NCBI GenBank assembly: GCA_964462015.1
Contig: CAYWXI010000018.1
Location: forward strand, 25,716 to 89,715
From: an uncultured Bacteroidales bacterium
Lineage (GTDB): Bacteria; Bacteroidota; Bacteroidia; Bacteroidales; JAEINX01
Direction: 5' to 3'
DNA: 64,000 bases
Every line of letters begins with the position of its first letter. The first letter of the stretch is position 1. Of the stretch, positions 39,501 through 48,024 are shown one piece after another. Below the pieces are notes generated by a model that saw nothing but the letters and a program-made list of their open reading frames with translations, made no database searches and was not told where the DNA came from. A program made the position numbers and the translations under genes.

Positions 39501-41277
39501 CATCAAGGACATATGTTCCTAATACTGTTAAATCAACCATAGCTGTGAAAGTATATTCAACTTCTTCACCAGGTCCGACAGGGCCGGGAACAGTTTCATA
39601 AACCCATCCCGCACCATCAAGGTCAAATCCAACAGGAATATCAGGTAAAGGATCAGCACCAAAATTCTTAAATATAGCCGTTACCGGTTCAATACCTAAC
39701 AGCATACCTGATACAGGTGAAAGGATTGATACAGTACCTCCATCAACAGGTGGAGGGGGTACACAAGAAGCATAACCAATGTCTCCACCAATAGGGTCAA
39801 CACCGCCAAAACCATCCTGGAAAATTGAGTTACCATCGGCATCAAAAACTTCGTAAGAACATTCATAAGGCCATCCGCCTGCAGTCCATACAGAAGTTAA
39901 GAATGCACCATCTCCAACGAGGAAATAGACTGTTTCAGGGCCTGCACCACTTGCTAATGAAAAATTACCATATAAAGTTCCATCTCCAAAAATTTCAACG
40001 AATCCGCCGTTCCAGCCATCGCCATAGTCATCCCACATGGTGATTGAATATTCACACCATGCTGAAGGATCCCAGTTTTCGATAGTTTTATCAGCTGAAT
40101 TGTTTTCAGGATGTTCATCACCTGCAAGAATAACTTCTGCTTCGATATAATATTCACCGAATGCAGAGAAATCGTAAGGAGTTGCAAATGTGTAAGCAAT
40201 TGATTCACCCATAGCAAGAGGGCCTGCAATCATTTCAGTGTACCATGTACCACCGTCAACACGATATTGAACATCAAAGTTACTTTGAGTAATAGCACCT
40301 ACATTTTTCACTCCAACCACAATGTTTTCAACTCCAAGGCCGAAACCTGTGTTAGGTTCTTGAATTCCTGTGAGTTTAAGATCAAGATCAGGTGGAGGGC
40401 CTGCAATACCACCTTCTACACCGTAGATTGCTTCGTTTTGGATAATTCCTAATAAGGTCCACCAACCTGGTGCCCAAGTATCAAATGCAGCGAGACCACC
40501 GGCAATACCTGTACCTGTTGTACTATATATGATAGCATCAAAAGTAACTCCGGTTTCAGCTCCTGTGTAAGGATCTATTTGTACAATAACAGACTGGCTC
40601 GCACCACCCGACTGAGCAAAACCATAAAGCCATTGACTTCCTGCATCATCCAGGCGTGCAAATCCGTAGTAACTTGAGTAAGCACCGCAGTTAAACTGGT
40701 TTAAGATTCCACCTGTACGATCATAAAGAGTGATAGGATCGCTCCAGTTGTTTCCCCAGAAACCATCAAATTCAGCGTCATAGGCACATGCCCTTGTAGC
40801 AACAGCAGCAGTTAATGTACTGATCAAAGTACCTGATTGTCCTACAAAATCCATTTCATATAATGCAGTGTTTGCTGCAGCACCATAGAAATAAGTACCA
40901 TCATAGGCCATGTCTCTTACGGCAGCTTCGCCGGCTACCGGGAACCATCCTAAGAAAGTACCATCCATTTCATAGCAGAAAAATCCATCACCATTCCATT
41001 TTGAGGTATAGATATAATCTCCATTGGTTTCGATACCGGCTTCACCTGAAGCATCGCCGCAAATAAAGTCAAATTGGTAATCGAAAAGGTCATCCGTAAC
41101 CGTAGTTGCGTGAGGATTTGTAACAGCATTGATATCAGCATCCACAATACTCATGACAGGCTTGATACCATTTGCAATCATTTTTTTCTGTGCAATTTGC
41201 TCAGGAGTGTGCATTTGAGCAAAAAGTACTGATGATGATAAAATCATCAAAATTAATAAACTTGTAAGTTTTTTCAT
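36556..41277 (-). CDS. Giant multidomain T9SS-secreted surface protein, paralog 1 (1573 aa)
   Basis: It has a signal peptide (MKKLTSLLILMILSSSVLFAQ), two CARDB-like domains, one DDYGDGWNG/GGWPYE module, a GEVED motif (SYGEVEDYTIVVG), two FEGG-type domains, two LDFxRNSAGQMLRKIGPIWVNGIG repeats and a C-terminal T9SS sorting domain (VVYPNPATNMINI...GVYIIRIET). Confidence 0.85.
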   Translation of the reverse strand: MKKLTSLLILMILSSSVLFAQMHTPEQIAQKKMIANGIKPVMSIVDADINAVTNPHATTVTDDLFDYQFDFICGDASGEAGIETNGDYIYTSKWNGDGFFCYEMDGTFLGWFPVAGEAAVRDMAYDGTYFYGAAANTALYEMDFVGQSGTLISTLTAAVATRACAYDAEFDGFWGNNWSDPITLYDRTGGILNQFNCGAYSSYYGFARLDDAGSQWLYGFAQSGGASQSVIVQIDPYTGAETGVTFDAIIYSTTGTGIAGGLAAFDTWAPGWWTLLGIIQNEAIYGVEGGIAGPPPDLDLKLTGIQEPNTGFGLGVENIVVGVKNVGAITQSNFDVQYRVDGGTWYTEMIAGPLAMGESIAYTFATPYDFSAFGEYYIEAEVILAGDEHPENNSADKTIENWDPSAWCEYSITMWDDYGDGWNGGFVEIFGDGTLYGNFSLASGAGPETVYFLVGDGAFLTSVWTAGGWPYECSYEVFDADGNSIFQDGFGGVDPIGGDIGYASCVPPPPVDGGTVSILSPVSGMLLGIEPVTAIFKNFGADPLPDIPVGFDLDGAGWVYETVPGPVGPGEEVEYTFTAMVDLTVLGTYVLDVCTFVPGDEDPVNDCQQAIIENVEGFYCPASTVTEDEWIAFVDFGLIQNASGWQGGVADYTDQFNNVAVGVPAEMIVTNGNPWASDEVSVWCDWNDDFEFDDLPGSIEKYDLTNDGTGAVFTGDITAPPGAIEGPHRMRVRMVYAMPPFPCGESSYGEVEDYTIVVGPYEPPEITWDPGSFDVLVDVGGTAQDALDIGNIGAGPALWNLAVVYPPMETTAPTNVNAKAEPNASITDKDPIANSDWDYDCPAGSVVSQPCPDYSTAMTADEAGYYDFYQSFSGGGEIQGIRFWGIDAIFSGGWAPCTGTEPKTFHIGFYADDGGQPGAMIDEFTMEVPRVNTGDLFASSYTMWEYEAVLPNSVTVVDGWFSVMAMIDPAPCWFLTLNAPSGAGTGQQWDGTAWNAQDPMGFCLLGEVVIPWLTVGPPLSGTLMPQETETIPLNFNAGDWPAGTELMADLVLTSNDPVNPVVNIPVTMTVGGCEPYFEFEGGDPSSPIWTIYFSGATLEENDLEAGDQIAIFDGDIMVGLFDLTQVCTPENQFENDLTAFSVLTTQPGYQAGNDFSFKCWDCSEQVMADFFLYEFFDPYGDAYMGDVFPAGDGEYSIADVDFFTIVSQTFNLNLGFQFISSAVDPGDPDMIVVLDEILNANLDFVRNSAGQMLRKIGPIWVNGIGNWIVEEGYLVKMFAPDTFTIYGAPVDPGTPIDVELGFQFVSYFPAAAMDALVAFETIIGPDLDFIRNSAGQMLRKIGPIWVNGIGDAMPGEGYLVKMFAPGQIIYPAPVKLSGKTTINPSHLLFEGGNAAEPVYTMYIDGLEIGDEVAAYNGDVVLGSMAVTSDNVYNNALPVFSQLTNGQGYVAGEPISLKVWSNDNVVMAEFEMESVYNSYVSTVYPGSDGEFSVVNITKGAVLSGELVVYPNPATNMINISSPNQINSVVIYNYVGQSVYEGNSTQINTGNFESGVYIIRIETANGIETQKVTIN

Positions 41278-41439
41278 ACGTTTTAATTGTTTTAGTTAAA
41301 AATTTATTTGATAAAAAAAAGGCATACCCGTCTCTTTAAACAAGCATGTATATTTAGATTTATTTGCTTTCACAGTTAATCTATTAATTTTTTCGTCGTT
41401 TTCCTACACACAATTAGGCCACACTAATCATATGGATTG

Positions 41440-41469
41440 CAAATATAATAAATTATTTAAAAAAGCAAA
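41440..41469 (-). promoter_or_regulatory. Candidate Bacteroidota sigma-A promoter (-33 TTTG, -7 TATATTTG) for paralog 1
   Basis: On the minus strand, TTTG (41469-41466) is separated by 18 nt from TATATTTG (41447-41440). This implies a ~155-nt leader. The same arrangement occurs upstream of paralog 2. Confidence 0.45.
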
Positions 41470-41737
41470 AAAAATGTCTGTTTTTTATAAAATATATTTG
41501 ATAAAACCATTAAAACGATTAAATGTTTTCGTATTTTACTAATAGCCTATGACTTAAGCCATGATTTGCTTAAATATATAGTTTCAGAACAAAGTATTTT
41601 ATATGATTCTACTACAACAAATCGTAAATCATAGTTTAAATACATTAATCCAAAATACTGTCTGAATGACAAAGTTGTGCAAGGAATGTTGGAATTATGG
41701 AATAATGAGAAGGTGTAAATATATTAGGCAATTAACT

Positions 41738-42079
41738 GACCATGCCTGAATAGCGTTGACTGTTTTTTAATTATTTGTTCCTTGTTTTTTGTTTTCTGTT
41801 TTATGTTACAGGTTTCAGGTTTCCCCTATTTCCCATATTCAGATTTCCTGACATGTAATGTTTAATAGATTAATAATCAATATTGTAATAATTATCAATA
41901 GGAGAACAGAAATGACACCAAACTCTTTGTGTAACTTTGAGTGTTCTTTGCGTTTCTTTGTGAAATATCTATAACACAGAGTTGCACAAAGAAAAAAAGA
42001 GGTCAATAAAAATTCCCTATAAGTCAGGAATTCTGATATTTCGATAATTCTTTTCTCTTATTCTCATGAAAACGAAAAA
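41738..42079. repeat. Downstream non-coding module of the duplicated T9SS gene unit, copy 2
   Basis: It aligns by eye with 36118-36500 (catgcctgaatagcgtt...gtttcaggtttccc...tattcagatttcctgacatgtaat...ctttgtgtaactttgagtgttctttgcg...). It has small deletions relative to copy 1. Confidence 0.8.
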
Positions 42080-42114
42080 AAAAGCAAAAAAAAAGCTGCT
42101 CGAAAGAGCAGCTT
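42080..42114 (-). terminator. Intrinsic terminator of the 1807-aa T9SS gene
   Basis: The hairpin is identical to the one at 36516-36535 (agctgctc/gagcagct) and is followed by a T run on the minus strand. Confidence 0.75.
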
Positions 42115-42133
42115 TTTCTTGTACAATTTGTTA

Positions 42134-45100
42134 CTATTTAATAGTAACTTTTTGTGTTTCTACACCGTAAGCAGTTTCAATTCTGATGATATAAACACCT
42201 GATTCGAAATTACTGGTATTGATTTGAGTGCTATTTCCTTCATAAACCGACTGGCCAACATAGTTGTAAATTACAACACTGTTGATTTGGTTTGGCGAAG
42301 AAATATTTATCATATTAGTTGCAGGATTTGGATAAACAACCAATTCTCCTGTAAGCGCAGCGCCTTTTGTTATGTTAACAACACTGAATTCACCGTCGTT
42401 GTCTGGATAAAAATTAGATACATAAGAGTTATAAACCGATTCCATTTCAAATTCAGCCATAACAACATTGTTGTTTGACCAAACTTTCAATGCAATTAGT
42501 TCACCTGCTACATATCCTTGTCCGTTAGTTAATTGGGCGAATACCGCAAGTGCATTGCTATAAACATTGTCTGAAGATACTGTCATAGAACCGAGAATTA
42601 CATCTCCGTTATAAGCTGCTACTTCATCACCAATTTCTAAGCCGTCAATATACATTGTATAAACAGGCTCAGCTGCATTACCACCTTCGAATAATAAATG
42701 AGATGGGTTAATAGTAGTTTTTCCACTTAATTTAACCGGCTCAGGATAAATAATTTGGCCCGGAGCAAACATTTTAACTAAGTAACCTTCACCCGGCAAT
42801 GCGTCACCAATTCCATTCACCCATACAGGGCCAATTTTACGTAACATACCTCCGGCTGAATTTCTGATGAAATCAAGATCAGGACCAACAATAGTTTCAA
42901 ATGCAATAAGAGCATCCATTGGAGCATCAGGGAAATAACTTACAAACTGATAGCCTATTTCAACATCAATAGGAGTTCCCGGAGGTACAGCAATACCGTT
43001 TATTGTGAATGAATCGGCAGCAAACATCTTAACGAGATAACCTTCTTCAACAATCCAGTCACCGATACCGTTAACCCATACCGGGCCAATTTTACGTAAC
43101 ATTTGACCGGTTGAATTTCTAACGAAATCAAGGTTATCATTTAACACATCAGCCATAACAACCATCATATCAGGATCTGCAGGATCAACTCCTGATGAAA
43201 TAAATTGATATCCTACATCTAAGTCAAATGTTTGTTCTGCTCCTGAAGAAGCTACAGTCATTTGAACAGGTACGTCAACTATCGGAGTTACAGGGTCGTT
43301 ACTTGCAATTGCGATGTTTGCAGTTAATACTGTACCGGCAGGGTAATCTCCGGCATTGAAATCCAGAGTAATTACATCTGATCCTTGTGGATCAACACTA
43401 CCTGCTAATGGATCAACAACTAACCAAGGAATAACAGCTTCACCAAGTAAACAGAATCCCATAGGATCTTGTGCATTCCAGGCTGTTCCATCCCATTGTT
43501 GTCCTGTTCCGGCTCCATTTGGAGCATTAAGTGTCAGGAACCAACAAGGAGCAGGATCAATTAATGCCATTACTGAGAACCATCCGTCCATAACTGATAC
43601 CGGATAAGGGAATGCAACTTCGTATTCCCACATTGTGTATGTACTTGCAAAAAGATCACCTGTATTAGTTCTTGGAACCGGAATTGTAAACTCATCAATC
43701 ATTGCACCAGGTTGTCCGGCGTCGTCAGCATAGAAACCAATATGGAAAGTTTTTGGCTCTGTACCTGTACATGGAGCCCAACCACCATCAAATATAGCAT
43801 CAATACCCCAGAAACGTATTCCTTCAATATCACCTCCACCTGCGAAGCTTTGATAGAAATCGTAGTATCCGGCTTCATCTGCTGTCATAGCAGTAGAATA
43901 ATCAGGGCATGGTTGACTAATTACAGAACCAGCAGGACAATCATAGTCCCAATCGGAATTTGCAATTGGATCTTTATCTGTCATATATGCATTAGGTTCT
44001 ATTTTCTCATTTATATTAGTTGGAAGAGTAGTTTCTGTTGGACCGAAAGTAACTCCTATAATATAGTCTAATACGCCTTCTCCAATATTACCAATATTAA
44101 GGAAGTCTTGCGCTGTTGCGCCTACGTCAACAGTTACATCGAATGAAGTTGGATCAACAGTAATTTCAGGGAATAGAGGTTCGTCACAATAGGCAATACC
44201 AATCTCACCGCCTGTAGGTTCTACACCACCCATACCATCTTCGAAAACAGGATTTCCGAAAGCGTCATAAACTATGTATTCATTTTCATAAGGCCATCCA
44301 CCGGCTGTATAAACAGCAGTAAGTAATGTACCCTCATAAACATCGTAATAATATGTTTCAGGTCCTGCACCGGTTTCTAATGTTCCGGACCATAATAGAT
44401 CAGCACCACCGTAGATCTCTAATAATCCACCGTTCCAGCCATCACCGTAATCATCCCATAAAGTAACCGACCACTCACAACTTGGTAATTCACAATATGC
44501 GTAGCCAATATCACCACCGACTGGTTCAACGCCACCCATACCATCTTCGAAAACAACAATACCGAAATTGTCAGAAATTGCATAAGAATTTTCATAAGGC
44601 CATCCTCCTGGGGTATAAACGGCAACAAGGAATTCACCGCCTTGAACATTGAACTCATAAGTTTCAGGTCCTGCTCCGGTTTCTATTGTTCCGTTAAATA
44701 TTTCAACACCATCAGCGAAGATTTGTAATATTCCGCCGTTCCAGCCATCGCCGTAATCATCCCACAATGTAACCGTCCACATACAACCAGTCATAGGTTC
44801 AGTGTTTTCAATTATAGCAGCAGCACAGTCGTTGGCAACATTTTCATCACCTGGAAGGAAAGTACATGCTTCGAGTGCATAAGTTCCAAATGCAGTTAAA
44901 TCAACAGGTTGGTTGAAAGTATATTCAACTTCCGCACCTGGATCAATAGGCCCTGGTACTACTTCATCAACCCATCCTGCCATATCAAGATTATATCCAA
45001 CAGGAATTTCAGGTAAAATTTCAGAACCAAAGTTCTTAACTGTAACTGTAACCGGCTCAATACCTAGTAATTCACCGGAAACAGGTGAAAGAATAGCGGT

Positions 45101-47557
45101 AACACCGGCATCATAAGAAGCTCCCTGGCCAACTACGATGGTATAATCTTCAACTTCACCATAGCTTGCTTCACCACAAGGGAACGGAGCAACACTATAA
45201 GTCATTCTAACTCTCATTCTGTATTCACCCATTGGAGTTCCAGCAGGAGGTGTAATAAAACCGTCAAAGAATGCACCGGTTCCATCATTTGTTAAAACAA
45301 ATTCTTCATCTCCGCCTTGAGTCCACTCCATGTCATCATTCCAGTCAACCCAGCATGTAACATTATCGGAAGCCCATGGATTTCCGTTTGTAACCAGAAT
45401 AGGTTCAGCAACGCCTGGAGGAATAATAGTAAATTGATCGGTATAATCACCTACACCGCCTTGCCAACCGGTTTGGTTATAAATAGTACCACATTCAACA
45501 AGTGCAATCCATTCATCTTCAGTAACTGTAGAAGCATCGCAATATTCTTGTACATAAGGTACGCATTCTACTGAAACAACGTAATCGTTATTTTCGCCGT
45601 CGCACGGATAACCTTCGAATTCCGAAGGAGCAACAAATAACCAGTAGGTACCGGGGCCAACTGAAGCTTCAATTTGTACCTCTACACAAGGATCTGCTGT
45701 TCCGGAACTAAGTACAATTATATTATCACAATCTCCCACAGTTGCATCAAGAATAAATACTGCTACCGGGAATTCCGCTTCTGCATTCCAGTAAATAGTT
45801 GATGGTTCGGCAATTGTAAGCTCATACCAGTCGGTATCACGAAAATTACTACCTTCGAAAAGATATGTACTTCCGGTACCGCAAATTACCTCGCCACAAG
45901 CAATTGGTGAGTAAATTGGAGGTTCAGAATTACAACCACCGTTGAAGTTATCAACATATTCATCAAGCGGACATTCTTCACCTTCGGGAATACCTCCTGT
46001 AGGGCATTCTACAACACAACCAGGTCCTCCTTCGCAATCAACAATACCAACATCTCCGCCAACAGGGTCAACACCGCCAAAGCCATCCTGGAAGATCGAA
46101 TTACCATCTGCATCATATATTTCGTAAGAACATTCATAAGGCCATCCGCCTGCTGTCCAAACTGATACAAGGAATGTAGCATCATAAACCAAAAATTCAT
46201 ATGTTTCGGGTCCAGCACCGGAAGCTAATGTACCGTTGAAAACTTCTTCACCATCGCATAGAAGTTGTACTGCTCCACCATTCCAGCCATCGCCGTAATC
46301 ATCCCACATTGTAATGGAATAATAACAAACTGCTGAAGGATCAGTGTTTGTAATAGTTTTATCGCCTGAGTTGTTTTCAGGATTTTCATCACCCGCGAGA
46401 ATAACTTCTGCTTCGATAAAATAAGTACCAAATGCTGAGAAGTCATAAGGAGCATTAAAGGTGTAAGTAACTGATTCACCCATTGCAAGAGGCCCTGCAA
46501 TAGTTTCGGTTACCCAAGTTCCCATGTCAACACGATATTGAACATCAAAGTTACTTTGTGTTTCAGAACCTACATTTTTAACACCAATTACAATATTTTC
46601 AACTCCTAATCCTAAACCAGAATTTGGTTCAGGAATTCCTGTGAGTTTAAGATCAAGTACTGGTGGAGGGCCTGCAATACCACCTTCAACACCGAAGATA
46701 GTTTCGTTTTGGATAATTCCTAATAAGGTCCACCAACCTGGTGCATAAGTATCAAATGCAGCGAGACCACCGGCAATACCCGTACCTGTTGAACTATATC
46801 CGATAGCATCAAATGTAACTCCGGTTTCAACTCCAGTGTAAGGATCAATCTGAACAATAGTAGACTGGCTCGCACCACCCGACTGAGCAAAACCATAAAG
46901 ATATTCAGTTCCTGCATCATTTAAGCGTGCAAATCCGTAATAACTTGAGTAAGCACCACAGTTAAATTGATTTAAGATTCCACCTGTACGATCATAAAGT
47001 GTGATAGGATCGCTCCAGTTGTTTCCCCAGAAACCATCAAATTCAGCGTCATAGGCACAAGCTCTTGTAGCAACAGCAGCAGTTAATGTACTGATCAAAG
47101 TACCTGACATTCCTACAAAATCCATTTCATATAATGCAGTGCTGGCAGCAGCACCATAGAAATATGTACCATCATAGGCCATGTCTCTTACGGCAGCTTC
47201 GCCGGCTACCGGAAACCATCCTAAGAAAGTACCATCCATTTCATAGCAGAAAAATCCATCACCATTCCATTTTGAGGTATAGATGTAATCTCCATTGGTT
47301 TCGATACCGGCTTCACCTGAAGCATCACCGCAAATAAAATCAAATTGGTGATCGAAAAGATCATCGGTAAAAGTATTTGTGTGAGGGTTTGTAACAGCAT
47401 TCAAATCAATGTCATGGATTAGTGGTGTTCCACTATCGATTTTTTCAATTTTGTAGCTTTTCTTTTCAACCATTTGCCCGTTATTTGTAGTTGATTGGGC
47501 AAACAGGATTGATGATGTAAAAATCATCAGAATTAATAAACTTGTAAGTTTTTTCAT
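42134..47557 (-). CDS. Giant multidomain T9SS-secreted surface protein, paralog 2 (1807 aa)
   Basis: The N-terminal ~300 aa and C-terminal ~370 aa match paralog 1 closely. The middle carries three DDYGDGWNG/GGWPYE modules, a Cys-rich PPC-like domain (RDTDWYEL), a GEVED domain and a CARDB-like domain in a different order. It ends with a T9SS sorting domain. Confidence 0.85.
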   Translation of the reverse strand: MKKLTSLLILMIFTSSILFAQSTTNNGQMVEKKSYKIEKIDSGTPLIHDIDLNAVTNPHTNTFTDDLFDHQFDFICGDASGEAGIETNGDYIYTSKWNGDGFFCYEMDGTFLGWFPVAGEAAVRDMAYDGTYFYGAAASTALYEMDFVGMSGTLISTLTAAVATRACAYDAEFDGFWGNNWSDPITLYDRTGGILNQFNCGAYSSYYGFARLNDAGTEYLYGFAQSGGASQSTIVQIDPYTGVETGVTFDAIGYSSTGTGIAGGLAAFDTYAPGWWTLLGIIQNETIFGVEGGIAGPPPVLDLKLTGIPEPNSGLGLGVENIVIGVKNVGSETQSNFDVQYRVDMGTWVTETIAGPLAMGESVTYTFNAPYDFSAFGTYFIEAEVILAGDENPENNSGDKTITNTDPSAVCYYSITMWDDYGDGWNGGAVQLLCDGEEVFNGTLASGAGPETYEFLVYDATFLVSVWTAGGWPYECSYEIYDADGNSIFQDGFGGVDPVGGDVGIVDCEGGPGCVVECPTGGIPEGEECPLDEYVDNFNGGCNSEPPIYSPIACGEVICGTGSTYLFEGSNFRDTDWYELTIAEPSTIYWNAEAEFPVAVFILDATVGDCDNIIVLSSGTADPCVEVQIEASVGPGTYWLFVAPSEFEGYPCDGENNDYVVSVECVPYVQEYCDASTVTEDEWIALVECGTIYNQTGWQGGVGDYTDQFTIIPPGVAEPILVTNGNPWASDNVTCWVDWNDDMEWTQGGDEEFVLTNDGTGAFFDGFITPPAGTPMGEYRMRVRMTYSVAPFPCGEASYGEVEDYTIVVGQGASYDAGVTAILSPVSGELLGIEPVTVTVKNFGSEILPEIPVGYNLDMAGWVDEVVPGPIDPGAEVEYTFNQPVDLTAFGTYALEACTFLPGDENVANDCAAAIIENTEPMTGCMWTVTLWDDYGDGWNGGILQIFADGVEIFNGTIETGAGPETYEFNVQGGEFLVAVYTPGGWPYENSYAISDNFGIVVFEDGMGGVEPVGGDIGYAYCELPSCEWSVTLWDDYGDGWNGGLLEIYGGADLLWSGTLETGAGPETYYYDVYEGTLLTAVYTAGGWPYENEYIVYDAFGNPVFEDGMGGVEPTGGEIGIAYCDEPLFPEITVDPTSFDVTVDVGATAQDFLNIGNIGEGVLDYIIGVTFGPTETTLPTNINEKIEPNAYMTDKDPIANSDWDYDCPAGSVISQPCPDYSTAMTADEAGYYDFYQSFAGGGDIEGIRFWGIDAIFDGGWAPCTGTEPKTFHIGFYADDAGQPGAMIDEFTIPVPRTNTGDLFASTYTMWEYEVAFPYPVSVMDGWFSVMALIDPAPCWFLTLNAPNGAGTGQQWDGTAWNAQDPMGFCLLGEAVIPWLVVDPLAGSVDPQGSDVITLDFNAGDYPAGTVLTANIAIASNDPVTPIVDVPVQMTVASSGAEQTFDLDVGYQFISSGVDPADPDMMVVMADVLNDNLDFVRNSTGQMLRKIGPVWVNGIGDWIVEEGYLVKMFAADSFTINGIAVPPGTPIDVEIGYQFVSYFPDAPMDALIAFETIVGPDLDFIRNSAGGMLRKIGPVWVNGIGDALPGEGYLVKMFAPGQIIYPEPVKLSGKTTINPSHLLFEGGNAAEPVYTMYIDGLEIGDEVAAYNGDVILGSMTVSSDNVYSNALAVFAQLTNGQGYVAGELIALKVWSNNNVVMAEFEMESVYNSYVSNFYPDNDGEFSVVNITKGAALTGELVVYPNPATNMINISSPNQINSVVIYNYVGQSVYEGNSTQINTSNFESGVYIIRIETAYGVETQKVTIK

Positions 47558-47717
47558 ACGTTTTAATTGTTTTAGTTAAAAATATATTTGATAAAAAAGG
47601 GCATACCTGTCTCTTGAAACAAGCATGTATATTTAGATTTAATTGCTTTCACAGTTAATCTATTAATTTTTCGTCGTTTTCCTACACACGATTAGACTCA
47701 ACTAAGCATATGGATTG

Positions 47718-47749
47718 CAAATATACTAAATTATTTAAGTAAAACAAAA
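47718..47749 (-). promoter_or_regulatory. Candidate Bacteroidota promoter (-33 TTTG, -7 TATATTTG) for paralog 2
   Basis: On the minus strand, TTTG (47749-47746) is separated by 20 nt from TATATTTG (47725-47718). The upstream ~180 nt duplicate 41278-41460. Confidence 0.45.
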
Positions 47750-48024
47750 ATATCAGGTTTATTTGCAATTTTATTTTTATAAAATGATGATTATCTATAA
47801 ATTCACTAATAATGAACAGTTTTACTTAAAATGACCATGATAAAAAATTTATAATAAGTAAAAATGACACTTTAATTTACACACATGCTGAAACCTTAAT
47901 ATATGAGGGGTATTCGCTTGTAATTCAGTTGTTATTAAATTCAATATTCTATAATTCGTTAAAAAATAAAATTTTTAAAATTGTGGCATTTTTATATTTT
48001 TGCTATAAATAATACACAAATAAT

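Noticed and set aside
36556-47557. The two giant paralogs as an assembly artefact (collapsed or expanded repeat)
   Set aside because: The copies differ by many scattered substitutions even in their most similar parts, and their central domain orders differ. This argues for two real genes. Long reads would still be the decisive check.
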